Of a stretch of 64,000 bases of DNA, positions 50,788 through 61,145 are shown piece by piece. How positions within the stretch are numbered: position 1 is the stretch's first letter; each line of letters begins with the position of its first letter. The position numbers and the translations under genes are program-made. The DNA is taken from the NCBI GenBank assembly GCA_963836075.1, contig CAWIIB010000001.1, forward strand, positions 2,208,001 to 2,272,000, in the 5' to 3' direction. The notes under the pieces are model-generated. The model ran no database searches and had not been told where the DNA came from. It saw nothing but the letters and a program-made list of their open reading frames with translations. The DNA comes from an uncultured Acidobacteriota bacterium. Lineage in GTDB: Bacteria; Acidobacteriota; JAQAZP01.

Positions 50788-50961
50788 GCGGAGGGCTTCA
50801 TCCTCGACATCGGCGGCGGTGGAGAGGGGGTGATCGGTCAGATGAAGACCAGCCAGGTGGTGGCCATCGAGAACTACCGGAAGGCCTTACAGCTCGATCC
50901 CGGCAGTACCAGGGTGCAGGACACCCTGAACGCTCTGGTCAAGGAAACTTCACTATCCTAA
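50788..50961 (+). pseudogene. Chimeric fragment: methyltransferase motif I fused to a TPR C-terminus
   Basis: AEGFILDIGGGGEGVIGQMKTSQVVAI joined to ENYRKALQLDPGSTRVQDTLNAL...*; no clear start. Confidence 0.5.
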
Positions 50962-51609
50962 CGTCTCGGCCAGGAATGTCCCGGCAGCCTGGAGCCAGGC
51001 CTCGGTCACTTCGTGGCCGCCGTCGAACTCGCACCGGACAGTGGTGAGTGAGGAACCCTCGAGACGGGCAAGATCGCTGTCCCACCGGTTACGCCGGTAG
51101 ATCCGATCGCTCCCGCCCCGGGCAATGAGCACCCGGCCCATCCGGTCCAGGTCGTCAAGTTCAGGGGGGATATCGCCGCCATGGAGCATCACTCCGCCGG
51201 GGGGGTGCTCACCAATCATCGCCGCGCGGCAGGCCATGGCCGTCCCCTGAGAGAACCCGTTGTAGACGAGGACCTGGTTCACCGGGCATTGGTCCCTGAT
51301 CCAGCTCACCACGCGATCAACATGGCGGATGTTTTCCTCGATTCTCATTTCGCGGTCCTGGCTGGTCATCCAGCAGGCCCCGACCCGGTCGGGCCGGGGG
51401 TAGAAAGGATGGAGGGCCTGAACCGCGCAGCAGACCCAGTTGTCCGCCCCGGGAATCCGCTGCAGTATCTCAAGCTGATCTTCCGCGGTCTGCCCGTATC
51501 CGTGAAATCCCACCAGCAGCGGGAACGGACCGCCGCCGGAGGGAACCCGAACCAGGTACCTTCCAGAAATAAGAGTCTGCACGTGATGGGTCTGGACTTC
51601 AGTCATCAT
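50953..51609 (-). CDS. Alpha/beta hydrolase (phospholipase/carboxylesterase)
   Basis: LVGFHGYGQ, GFSQG nucleophile and FDGGH; ATG at 51609 with a GGAG RBS. Confidence 0.9.
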   Translation of the reverse strand: MMTEVQTHHVQTLISGRYLVRVPSGGGPFPLLVGFHGYGQTAEDQLEILQRIPGADNWVCCAVQALHPFYPRPDRVGACWMTSQDREMRIEENIRHVDRVVSWIRDQCPVNQVLVYNGFSQGTAMACRAAMIGEHPPGGVMLHGGDIPPELDDLDRMGRVLIARGGSDRIYRRNRWDSDLARLEGSSLTTVRCEFDGGHEVTEAWLQAAGTFLAETLG

Positions 51610-51982
51610 TCCATTCTCCCTGGTCAATTGTCTTATATTCAGGATCACTTGTTCACGTGCGTCGAACGTTCCCAACCGCCCCGGGAAGCACGATTGCTTC
51701 GTGACGGGCGATGAACCTCCCCGGTGTTGCCTCCCGCCAGTGCAGTTGTAGTCACCCCTGCACATTCAGGCCGGTGGAGGAGAGAGCGACGGCCCACGAG
51801 CGGCCATGACCCTCACTGGATGGGGCAATCACATTTTGACATCTCCATTATCCAACTATACGGTAATTGTTACCAAATCTTGTAAAAGCCATGCAGTGGA
51901 TGCTCGCCAGCGAACAGGGCCGCTCCACTGGCATTCGGACAGCATGAACAGACCTGCTATTCAGCTTGCGAAAGGAGACAAC

Positions 51983-53689
51983 ATGTCTCATTGGAGCATT
52001 TCACACAGAAGCGTTTGGTGTATTTCCCGATTGGCGGCGTGGACGGTGGCGATCGCCCTGGTCGGTGTTGCGGCCCAGGCGCAGCTTCACAAGGCCTGGA
52101 TGGAATCGTGGGACGGGCCGCTGCCGGCGAGCACCGACGGCGGCTATGCCGTGGCATCCGACAGCACGGGAAACACCTACGTCGCCGGAGATGTCGCCAC
52201 GGCCGCCAATGGTTCCGACGGGCTCCTGATCAAGTATGACCGGTCCGGCAAGCTCCTCTGGGAGCGGACCTACGACGGCCCCGGAGCCGACACCGACTAT
52301 TTCACCTACATCAGAATCGACAGCAACGACCAGATCCTTCTTCTCGGGCAATCGATCGGAAACGGTACGGATTGGGACTTCCTCACCATCAAGTATTCCC
52401 CGAGCGGTGCGCTTCTCTGGGAACAGCGCTACGACGGCCTGGGCAGCGGCCAAGACCTGGTCTACGGGATCGATGTGGATACGCAGGACAACGTCTGCAT
52501 CGTCGGAGTGGAAACCGGCGCTGATGGCTTCCCGAAATTCACCACGATCAAGTATCTGGCGGACGGGACGGAAGACTGGGTGCGGAGATACGAATCCTCG
52601 TATCCCGGCAATATTAATGCGTGGGGTTTTTCGGTCCATGTAACGGATGACGGCACGGTCTATGCCGCGGGTGATGCCATCAGTAGTACCGGCAGCCTCG
52701 ACTTCGCCCTCCTCAAATACGACAGCGATGGCACACTGCTCTGGGATCGCCTGTTCGACGGTCTCTACGGTGCCGCTGACGCCCTGTACGACATGGCCCT
52801 GGGGCCGAACGAGGAACTCTACCTCACCGGCATATCGGAGACCGGGACCGGGTTCGAGTATTGCGTGGCCAAATACAATTCCAGCGGCGATTTCCAGTGG
52901 GAAGGACGCTACGGCGGAACCACCGGTTATCACTACCCGTACCTCATAGATGTCGACCAGGCGGGCAATGCGGTGGTCACGGGCCCGTCGACGAACTCCG
53001 CCGGATATTTCGACTGGGCCACGGTGCGGTTCGACAGCAACGGCGCACTGCAGTGGGCGCGCCGCTATCGAGTACCCTCCCCGTATTTCGGTGAGAATAT
53101 ACCCAACGGCCTCGTCCTCGACGATCAGGGCGGCATCTACGTCTGCGGCGCTGGTTCGAACTGGCTGACCGACGGGCAGAATGCCGCCGTGCTGAAGTAC
53201 GACGCTGCCGGCAACCTGGTGTGGAGCGACACATTCAACGGCGAGGCCAGCGGCGACGACTCGTGGTGGGATATCACCCTGGACGATTCGAACCAGGTCC
53301 TGGTCACCGGCGTTTCGCTCGGTGCGGGAACCGGTCTCGACCTGCTGGTCGCCAAGTACCGGCAGAACGGCCCGCCGACGCTGACCGTCAGCCCCATGCC
53401 GCTGGTGCCAGGCGCGCCCGCGACGTTCACGGTCTCCAATGTCGAGCCTGGCGCCGGCACCTATCTCGCGTACAGCACCGTGGGAACGGGCACCGTCCAT
53501 GCCGGTTTCCTTGATGTAACGCTCGGTCTGGCAAACCCGAAAAAGGTCGGTCCGATTGTTCCGGCCGATGTCAGCGGCACGGCGGAGTGGACTTTCCAGA
53601 TTCCCGGGTCAGTCGCCGGCATCGATGTGTGGCTGCAGGGCGTGCAGTACAACGTGGTCACCGACGTGGCGGCCACGTCGGTGCAGTAA
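51983..53689 (+). CDS. Secreted SBBP-repeat beta-propeller protein with a distinct C-terminal beta-sandwich
   Basis: AAGGAG RBS; signal peptide; repeats DxxGNxYVxG...IKYxxxGxxLWxxxYDG; tail PTLTV..PG..ATFTV...VWLQGVQ. Confidence 0.88.
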   Translation: MSHWSISHRSVWCISRLAAWTVAIALVGVAAQAQLHKAWMESWDGPLPASTDGGYAVASDSTGNTYVAGDVATAANGSDGLLIKYDRSGKLLWERTYDGPGADTDYFTYIRIDSNDQILLLGQSIGNGTDWDFLTIKYSPSGALLWEQRYDGLGSGQDLVYGIDVDTQDNVCIVGVETGADGFPKFTTIKYLADGTEDWVRRYESSYPGNINAWGFSVHVTDDGTVYAAGDAISSTGSLDFALLKYDSDGTLLWDRLFDGLYGAADALYDMALGPNEELYLTGISETGTGFEYCVAKYNSSGDFQWEGRYGGTTGYHYPYLIDVDQAGNAVVTGPSTNSAGYFDWATVRFDSNGALQWARRYRVPSPYFGENIPNGLVLDDQGGIYVCGAGSNWLTDGQNAAVLKYDAAGNLVWSDTFNGEASGDDSWWDITLDDSNQVLVTGVSLGAGTGLDLLVAKYRQNGPPTLTVSPMPLVPGAPATFTVSNVEPGAGTYLAYSTVGTGTVHAGFLDVTLGLANPKKVGPIVPADVSGTAEWTFQIPGSVAGIDVWLQGVQYNVVTDVAATSVQ

Positions 53690-53963
53690 ACCTGGAGTTT
53701 CGAATATACCGGCCGTGGTGCGGCTCTACCTGGTGAACCCGTCAATCGGTTCGGTGGAGAGGAACCGGGAGCGAAACACCGGATATTGCGAGCCGTCGTA
53801 GCGGTAGGCCGTGAGTGTGCCGGTGTCGTCCCCAACCATGATCAGCTGTGTGCCGCCCAAAGACACCGAGGCAGCAGCTGAATGAACCATCCGCCGGGCT
53901 TTGTCAAGGAAGGAAAACTGGGTTCAGAATCCGAATCCCACACCAAGCTGGAATACGACCGGG

Positions 53964-56772
53964 TCAAACCTCCGGCGGCCGGTTTTCCTGGAGCCGGGCC
54001 ACCAGGTCTCTGAACCGGGCCGTTCCATGCAGCGGGTCCAGTTCGCGTTCGTGACCGATGCGGAATGGGTCACTGTAGCCTTCCGCCACGGCCCGCTCCA
54101 GGGCCGTCAGGGCCTCGTCGCGCAACCTGGCCCGCTGCCCGCCCGTGGCGCTCCTCGACAACTGGGCCAGTGCTCGCGCCCGCTCCAGGTGCACTTCGCC
54201 GTTGATCTTCCCGACAGCGCCGAGCTCGTCGATCAACCGGCCAGCGGCCTCACTGTTGCCGGTGCGAGCCTCGGCCAGCATCAGGATGATCTTGTTCTTT
54301 TCGTCCGGCGACGCCGCAAACAGCTCACCACGCAACACCCGCGACCGTGCAAAGTAGCTCGACGCCTCGTCCGGGTTCCCCTGCAGATCCCACAGGTACA
54401 CCCATGCGGTACAGGGCCATGGCCAATGCCCGCTTGTCATGGACATTCGCGGGGTCCGCGTCGTGGAGCTCTTCGGACAGGATTACCGATTCATGCAGTG
54501 CCGGAGATGCCTTTTCCAGCCGGTCTATCCAGAGCAGCGAGTTCCCGAAAACTCCGAGGTAGCCGGCAAGCTCCCGCTTGAAGATCAGCATCGTTGGCCG
54601 CCGCTCGAAAATCTCGCGTCGTCCCTCGATCGCCTGTTCATAGAGCGACAGAGATTTCTCCGTTTCACCGAGGCGCATTGTCACGTAAGCCAGCGCGACG
54701 GCGGCCTTGTCGTGAGAAATCTGCCGGCTGGCCGTCCTGGTGTCCTTTTGATCATCATCCAGCTCCGAAAACCCGGGTTCGCTGCGCACGGTTTCCAGGA
54801 CTTCAGCCATTAACTCGAGGCCCTCCTGGAAAAGCGCCGCGGCTTCGGGGATCCGGCCCTGATTCAGCTGTTCCACACCAAGATTCTGAAGAATCACGGC
54901 CAGCAGTTCCTTGCCCTCGGTCAGCATTCCGGGGTCGGGGTTCGGATCGCTGACGGTCTCGCGGACCAGGTCGATCGATGACTGCAGTAACTTTTCAGAT
55001 TCTGCGGGGTCGCCGGTCAGACGCCGCTTGACAGGAGCCCAGGACATACCGATTTTGGCCAGATTGTGGCGGGCCACCGCGGTTCGCCCTTTGACTTCAA
55101 TCCGTTCCCGGCCCATCTGGTAAAGTTTTTCGAATTCCCGATCGGCTTCTTCCAGCCTGTCCAGCGAAGCGAAGGACGATGCGATCCTTGCCCGCACCGC
55201 CATCAGCGTCGGGACCGCTTCGCCGCGAACGCCCCCGGTCATCTCGACGTCGAGTTCGTCCCACTTTTTCGACACGGACTCCAGGATGGCGATTCGCAGT
55301 TCGGATGTGCCGGGCTGATCCTGCAGCGATTTGTCGATATCGGTCAGGACGAACTGCATTGTGCTCAGCGCGAGATTGGCCTGCTCGAGGGCCAATTGCT
55401 CCTGTTGTTCGGCAATGGCCCGCTGTCTGGCCTCATCGGCCCTGGCGCGCTGGGCCCGCACCAGTCCATAGCCCGTGCCGATGAGCCCCAGCACCAGCAG
55501 CGTGGCCAGCAGGCCAGTGGTGACCACGCCCGCCCGGTGGCGGCGGACGAATTTGCGGGCACGATAGATACGGCTCGGCGGGGCGGCGACCACCACCTCG
55601 CCTGACAGGTAGCGCCGGATATCCATGGCGAGGCCGTTGGCCGTCGCATACCGGCGCTGGCGGTCCTTCTCCAGCGCCTTCATCACAATCCAGTCGAGAT
55701 CGCCGCGGACGTTCGTCCCCAGTTTGCGCGGTTCGGTATGGCGTTGCGCAGCCACCAGCGCGATCGACCCGCTGTTGCGCGATATCCTCGTGCTCGGCCG
55801 GGGCGGCTCCACTTCGCGGATGATCCGCTGAATCTCGGCATACGCCGCCGACTGCAGGCTCTCGGCGTCGAACGGCGTCGAACCGGTGAGCAGTTCGTAG
55901 AGCAGCACCCCCAGCGAATAGACGTCTGTCCGCGCGTCGATGTCCAGCGACCCTTCAGCCTGCTCCGGACTCATGTATGCCGGTGTACCGATGAGCTGGC
56001 CGTGCACCGTGAAGAGCGTTTTCTCGGTGAGCTGGGCGCTGGTCGCCTTGGCGATGCCGAAATCGATCACCTTGACCACCGGTCGTCCATCCTGCAGGCT
56101 GACCATGACGTTGGACGGTTTGATGTCGCGGTGGATGATCCCTTTGGTGTGCGCGTGCTGCACGGCGCCGCACACGTCGGCGAACAGGTCCAGCCGCGCA
56201 TCGATGCCCAGGCTGTTCCGGTCGCAGTAGCCGACGATGGAATCGCCCTTGACCAGCTCCATCACGAAGAAGGGTCGACCCGTCGCGGTGGACCCGGCAT
56301 CCAGCACCCGCGCGATGTTGGGGTGGTCCATCATCGCCAGGGCCTGGCGCTCCTGTTCGAAACGCGCCACGACCTGGTGCGTGTCCATGCCGAGCTTGAT
56401 GATTTTGAGGGCAACCCGCCGCTTCACCGGTTCTGTTTGCTCGGCCATGAAGACCGAGCCGAACCCGCCCTCGCCGATGAGCTGGAGGAGCGTGTAGGGG
56501 CCGATTGTTGTGCCGGGGCCCTCCCGTAACGGAGTGCCGGCGTTGGGCGTATCAACGGCGGGGAACGTTGCATCCATGGCCGCATCCGTGACCGGCACGT
56601 CGATGGTCCCCTCTTCCTCGGAAGCGGCGATCATCGCTTCGACCCGAGCCTTCAATGCATCGTCCCCGCCGCACTCGCGGGCCAGCACCGCACCCCGTTG
56701 GGCCACGGGCAGGGAGGTCACCATGTCGTAAATCCGCTGAAGAATTTCTTGATTGAAACCGGTCATATCCAT
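53964..56772 (-). CDS. Hanks-type Ser/Thr kinase with TM helix and helical repeats; apparent frameshift near 54400
   Basis: ECGGDDALKARVE leader, IGEGGFGSVF, HRDIKPSN, DFG, YMSPEQ; the tail continues in ORF 53964..54446 ending AVAEGYSD..ELDPLHGTARF. Confidence 0.9.
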
Positions 56773-57078
56773 ATCTCGTTTCCTGCTGTTGATGCTCATC
56801 GATCGAGAAGGCGATCACGTTGCCGTCTGCGTTTTCCCCAGTCGTCTCCCGGAAGCAGTTTCACACGGTGACTGTAGGGGGCTGGATGATCATTGTGGGT
56901 GTATTGCCACCTGTATTTTAGCCGGAATTCCAGATGCACTTTCCTGGAGCATCGAGGTATTTTCCATTTTATCCCTTAATTTTCACCAGCAGCTCGGATT
57001 CCCAAGGATGCTGAGGGGCAGGACGCACTGCAAAGTGATCAAGGATCGGCTCGAATCACGGGGAGGGAACGAGAGTTG

Positions 57079-58502
57079 TCATTGCAGATCCCGCCGGGAG
57101 ACTTCGGTGAACGGAAACTCCTGTGCGAAATCATCGAGGATTTCCTTGGCCAGGCTGGAGAGGTCCACCGAGCTCGCATTGCCGTTGGCCAGGATACTGA
57201 CCGCCAGGTTGTCCTCGGGGCGCAGGACAAAGGCGCTGGTGAAGCCGGGGCGAACGCCCCCGTGCTCGCACTGGAGGACCGGTTCGCCGGGCAGCGCCTC
57301 GGTGAAGAAACCGATGCCATAGTAAGTCGCATAGGGGCAGTTCGGCGCACAGCCGAGGTCGCTGGTCGCCCACCACATGTCCCGCACCCCCGCCGGCGAG
57401 ATCAGGCCGCCGGCCCCGTGGTAGCTCCGCAGCAGCATGGCGGCGAAGTTCGCCATGTCCACCACCGAGGCCATGACCCCGCCCGCCGGGTCGCGGGCCT
57501 CGGCCGAGGCCTCGTCAAGCCGGTAGGGCATCCAGGTATAGGGTTCGCCATACAGCGCGTCGCTGCTGTAGTAGTTATCTTCGCAGAGCGGATCGCCGGG
57601 GCTGACCAGGTTGATATACGGACCGACGTGCATCGAACCGACGTTTTGTGCCACCGCCGTGTAGTCGCCGAGGGGTGACTGCGCCGCGCGCTGGTTGTCG
57701 AGGGTGGCCGTGCACATCCCGGCGGGCTGGAACAGCCGCTTCTGAATCACGGTGGCGAACGGCTCCCCCAGCCGCCCCGCGAGATAGGCGCCGGCGAGGG
57801 AGTAGTTGAAGGCCGAGGTACCTGGTACCCGCCCCCGAGGTTGCCGTACGGCGGCCGGTCGAAGTGGGGTGAGACCGCATCGTCGGGCTCGGCCCAGAAC
57901 GCGGCCAGGTCACCGGGGTAGCAGTAAAGGTGGATGGCACCGTCGTCCAGCAGGAAGGCCCCGTCGTGGGTCAGGAGCTGGCGCAGGGTGCGCTGCCCGC
58001 CCGCGAACACCTGGCTCGCGTCGTCGTCGCTGACGAAGTCGGCCAGGGAGAGTTCCCCCCGCTCCTCCATGATCTTGGCCGTCGCGGCGACGACGGACTT
58101 GGACGTCGATCCGACTTTGAACAGGCGGTGGATGCCGTCCGGATCGTGCACGAACTGCCCGCCTCCCGTGTATTCGAAGGCATCGGCGAAGTGGACCTCT
58201 CCGTCCCTGACCACCGAAAATGCGATGTGGGTGATGAAGGTGGGATCGTTGATCAGGTATGCGGCGATGCGCTCCCGCGCCCGGCACTCGGGCCGCGGGT
58301 CGTTGAGCGGGTCCAGGTCCATCGGCCGGCAGGCGGCTCCATCGAATCCGGGAGAGTAGCTCACCTCTGGACACTGGTCGCACCGGTCAGGCAGCCCGTC
58401 CAGGTCGGAGTCGCGCTCCATCGGAGGGATGTGCTGGCCCGCCGCCATGCCTCCAAGCGCCAGCAGCAGAATGATGGAACCGATCCAGTGATGGATGCGC
58501 AT
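57079..58502 (-). CDS. Secreted serine hydrolase (beta-lactamase/PBP family); apparent frameshift near 57815
   Basis: Signal peptide; DSDLDGLPDRCDQCP; GSTSKS (SxxK); TLRQLLTH; the second ORF has PAGGVMAS, YGIGF and HGG..PGF. Confidence 0.85.
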
Positions 58503-58577
58503 GAAACCCCCGTCTGCATAGTCCCGGGATCGGTCGTATCGGCACTGCTATGGTGCACAGGCTGGGCAAATATCCGC

Positions 58578-59507
58578 TCAGGCTTCCTGGCACTGATCGG
58601 GCTCTACGCAGCAGACCCGGTTACGGCCCTGGGATTTGGCCTGGTACATGGCACTGTCGGCGCGATCGAGAACCTCCTCCACCTTGGCGCCCTTCGTTGC
58701 CTTGGTGGCCCCAATGCTGATGGTGACTTTGATCGGCCCCGCATCGGTGTCGATGGGTTGATCGCCAACGGCGCTCCGCAGCCGCTCGCACGCGGCCCGA
58801 ATCTGCTCCAGGCCGCAGTCCACCAGCAGCACCAGGAACTCCTCGCCACCGAGACGGCCCACGACATCGTACTTGCGCAACCGCCCCACCATGCGCTGGG
58901 CAACCTCGCGAAGGACCTCGTCTCCCACCAGGTGGCCGTGCGTGTCGTTGACCTCCTTGAACTGGTCGAGATCGGCGACGAGCACACCCAGGCCGGGGCT
59001 CTGGGGGCTCCGATCCTGACGCAGCTGCTCCCGTCCCAGGGTATCCATGATGGCGAACCGGTTCCAGAGTCCGGTGAGGGCGTCTCGCGTAGCCCGCACC
59101 CGCAAAGACTCCCGCGCGGCGATGAGCTCCTCCTGCAGTTTCACGATCCGCTGGCCGGCCCGCAAACGCACCTCGAGCTCGTGCTGCTGGAAGGGTTTGC
59201 AGAGGAAGTCATCGGCCCCGGCGTCCATGGCCTCCACCAGATCGGCGGGCTCGCTCCGCGCGGTGAGCAGAATGGTGTAGGTGTAAGGCGTGTCCTCGAG
59301 ATTCCGGACCTTCCGGCACAGCGATACCCCGTCCAGGCCCGGCATCTGCCAGTCGAGGACTGCCAACCTGGGCGCATCCTTGCTTCTCAGGATCTCCCAG
59401 GCATCAGAACCGTTGGAAACAGTCACCACATCATAGTCCCACTTTTCCAGCGTGCGCTGGAGAAGGTGACGTGAAACCTGTTCGTCCTCAGCAATCAGTA
59501 CTTGCAT
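58578..59507 (-). CDS. Response-regulator diguanylate cyclase (REC-GGDEF)
   Basis: VLIAED, LDWQMP, DFLCKP; DALTGLWNR, DLDQFKEVND and RKYDVVGRLGGEEF with an RxxD I-site. Confidence 0.96.
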   Translation of the reverse strand: MQVLIAEDEQVSRHLLQRTLEKWDYDVVTVSNGSDAWEILRSKDAPRLAVLDWQMPGLDGVSLCRKVRNLEDTPYTYTILLTARSEPADLVEAMDAGADDFLCKPFQQHELEVRLRAGQRIVKLQEELIAARESLRVRATRDALTGLWNRFAIMDTLGREQLRQDRSPQSPGLGVLVADLDQFKEVNDTHGHLVGDEVLREVAQRMVGRLRKYDVVGRLGGEEFLVLLVDCGLEQIRAACERLRSAVGDQPIDTDAGPIKVTISIGATKATKGAKVEEVLDRADSAMYQAKSQGRNRVCCVEPDQCQEA

Positions 59508-59804
59508 TCCAAGGCTCCAGTTCCTGTTCCATGTGGAAAATGTTCGGACTTTTCACCAGAAGGGGAACTTCCTGCTCTGGCTTGTCCGTATTAAATCCGG
59601 GCCTGTGGGCATTCATGAAAACAGTGCCGAACGTTGTTCGCTGCCGGGCTTGAAGGGCCTCGACAACGTTGGATGTTCCCAAGGATAAGGGAAAAGCAGC
59701 CGTCCGATCAAGCCGTTCATGAAATAAATTTTCATGAAGTCGACGATCAGGGAGGTCGCCGGTGAGCCGCCCGGTGAAGTGGAAAACCACGCCGTATTCC
59801 TGCT

Positions 59805-60272
59805 TCACGGCGCGAATGCCGTTAGCGTGCAACCGTCCGTGTCGGTGTCGCCCGACGGCGGGTAGGGAGGTTGATTGTAAGGGGCCGGTGTGATGTCCTG
59901 GGCCTCCAGCGTAAAGACGTTCTGTCCGATGACCGTACCCAGGGCCGGAATGTTCTGCCACCAGAAAGTGATGTAACTACCGCCGCCGCTGACATTGGTG
60001 TACCCGGCTCGCCAGTTCCCATAGCTATCGCCGTTGCCCAGGGTGACGTCGACGCGGCCGGCCAACCGGCGGGTTTGTCCCTCGTAGAGATTGATCAGCG
60101 CAACACCCATCATCGTCTGGAAGGGCACGGTGCCCGAATGGGGATTACAGCTGAAAAGCGCCGAAATCGTCTGCCAACCGGATGCGGAAGCCGGGTAGTG
60201 AAAACCCATATCCGCCTGCCCGGTGTCGGCGGCTTCATCGGAGCGGGTGGTCAACTGGTCGAGGCAGGGCAA
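59805..60272 (-). pseudogene. 5'-truncated surface-protein gene retaining the cap linker and the 120-aa C-terminal domain (copy 7)
   Basis: Begins abruptly at CLDQLTTRSDEAADTGQADMGFHY with no signal peptide; domain at 59805..60167. Confidence 0.8.
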
Positions 60273-60484
60273 GGGATATGAGGCAACAGATCAGCGCAAA
60301 CGAACGCATGGTCACACCCTCCGGTGGAGAGAAGAGTATTCGAGCAATGACGCGGGAATGATCGTTGTTCATATTGAGCACAATGCTATTCAGGAGACTG
60401 CTTTACCCGGGCGAAGACATGAACTGTCAAGTTGAACCTAAATTTTTCTTACTGGAAAGTCAAAGCAGATTCTCAGGCGTACGT

Positions 60485-60826
60485 CTAGTCCCGCTTCCGC
60501 CGGTCCGGAGAAACCTGGTACAGCGGCTCCAGGTCGTCGATCTCCCGCACCCGGTCGCTGCGCATGGCGTGCCAGAGGTCCCAGTCCTGCTGCAGGCCGA
60601 GCCAGACGTCGGCTGACACGCCCAGCACCCTGGCCAGCCGCAAAGCGGTGTCGGTGGTCACCGACCGCTTGCCGCGGATAATCTCGTTGAGACGGGGGAA
60701 GGAAACCCCGAGGCGGATGGCGAACTCCGACAGGCTGATGCCCAGGGGTTTGAGGAACTCCTCGAGGAGCATCTCGCCGGGGTGGGTGGGCGGGCGATGT
60801 TCCGGTAGCCGCCGACCCCCGATCAC
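60485..60826 (-). CDS. higA: HigA antitoxin (HTH)
   Basis: PTHPGEMLLEEFLKPLGIS, RLNEIIRGKRSVTTDTALRLAR and WLGLQ; probable GTG start at 60826. Confidence 0.92.
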   Translation of the reverse strand: MIGGRRLPEHRPPTHPGEMLLEEFLKPLGISLSEFAIRLGVSFPRLNEIIRGKRSVTTDTALRLARVLGVSADVWLGLQQDWDLWHAMRSDRVREIDDLEPLYQVSPDRRKRD

Positions 60827-60851
60827 GCTTGTCGATCCTGTTGCTCCCTGC

Positions 60852-61145
60852 TCAGTGGTAATCGGTGATTTCGACTTCATCCGCATGGCCGTTCTCCCAA
60901 CGGAAGCAAATCCGGTACTGATCGTTGATTCTGATGCACCATTGCCCTGCCCTGTCACCCTTCAACCGTTCGAGCCGGTTTCCCGGCGGTCTGCTCAGTT
61001 CCTCCAACCGGACAATCCGGTTGAGCAGGTCGAGCCTGCGACCGGCCACCGACCAGAGTTCTCGCGGACAGACCTTTCGAGCGACTTTCGTGTCCGCTCC
61101 GTCAAAGACATCCAATGTCCCGCGGTTCCTGAACGATTTTATCAT
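60852..61145 (-). CDS. higB: HigB toxin (RelE/ParE family)
   Basis: MIKSF, PPGNRLERLKGDRAGQWCIRINDQYRICFRW and VEITDYH. Confidence 0.95.
   Translation of the reverse strand: MIKSFRNRGTLDVFDGADTKVARKVCPRELWSVAGRRLDLLNRIVRLEELSRPPGNRLERLKGDRAGQWCIRINDQYRICFRWENGHADEVEITDYH

Noticed and set aside
53690-53960. Possible further gene scrap (minus strand QLIMVGDDTGTLTAYRYDGSQYP)
   Set aside because: Too short to assign; could be chance.
59488-59961. 157-aa ORF upstream of the diguanylate cyclase
   Set aside because: Overlaps the domain remnant out of frame and shows no motif; likely promoter or intergenic DNA.
19589-60272. Diversity-generating retroelement explaining the repeated 3' domains
   Set aside because: No reverse transcriptase in the window, and the copies differ at all four bases rather than at adenines only.
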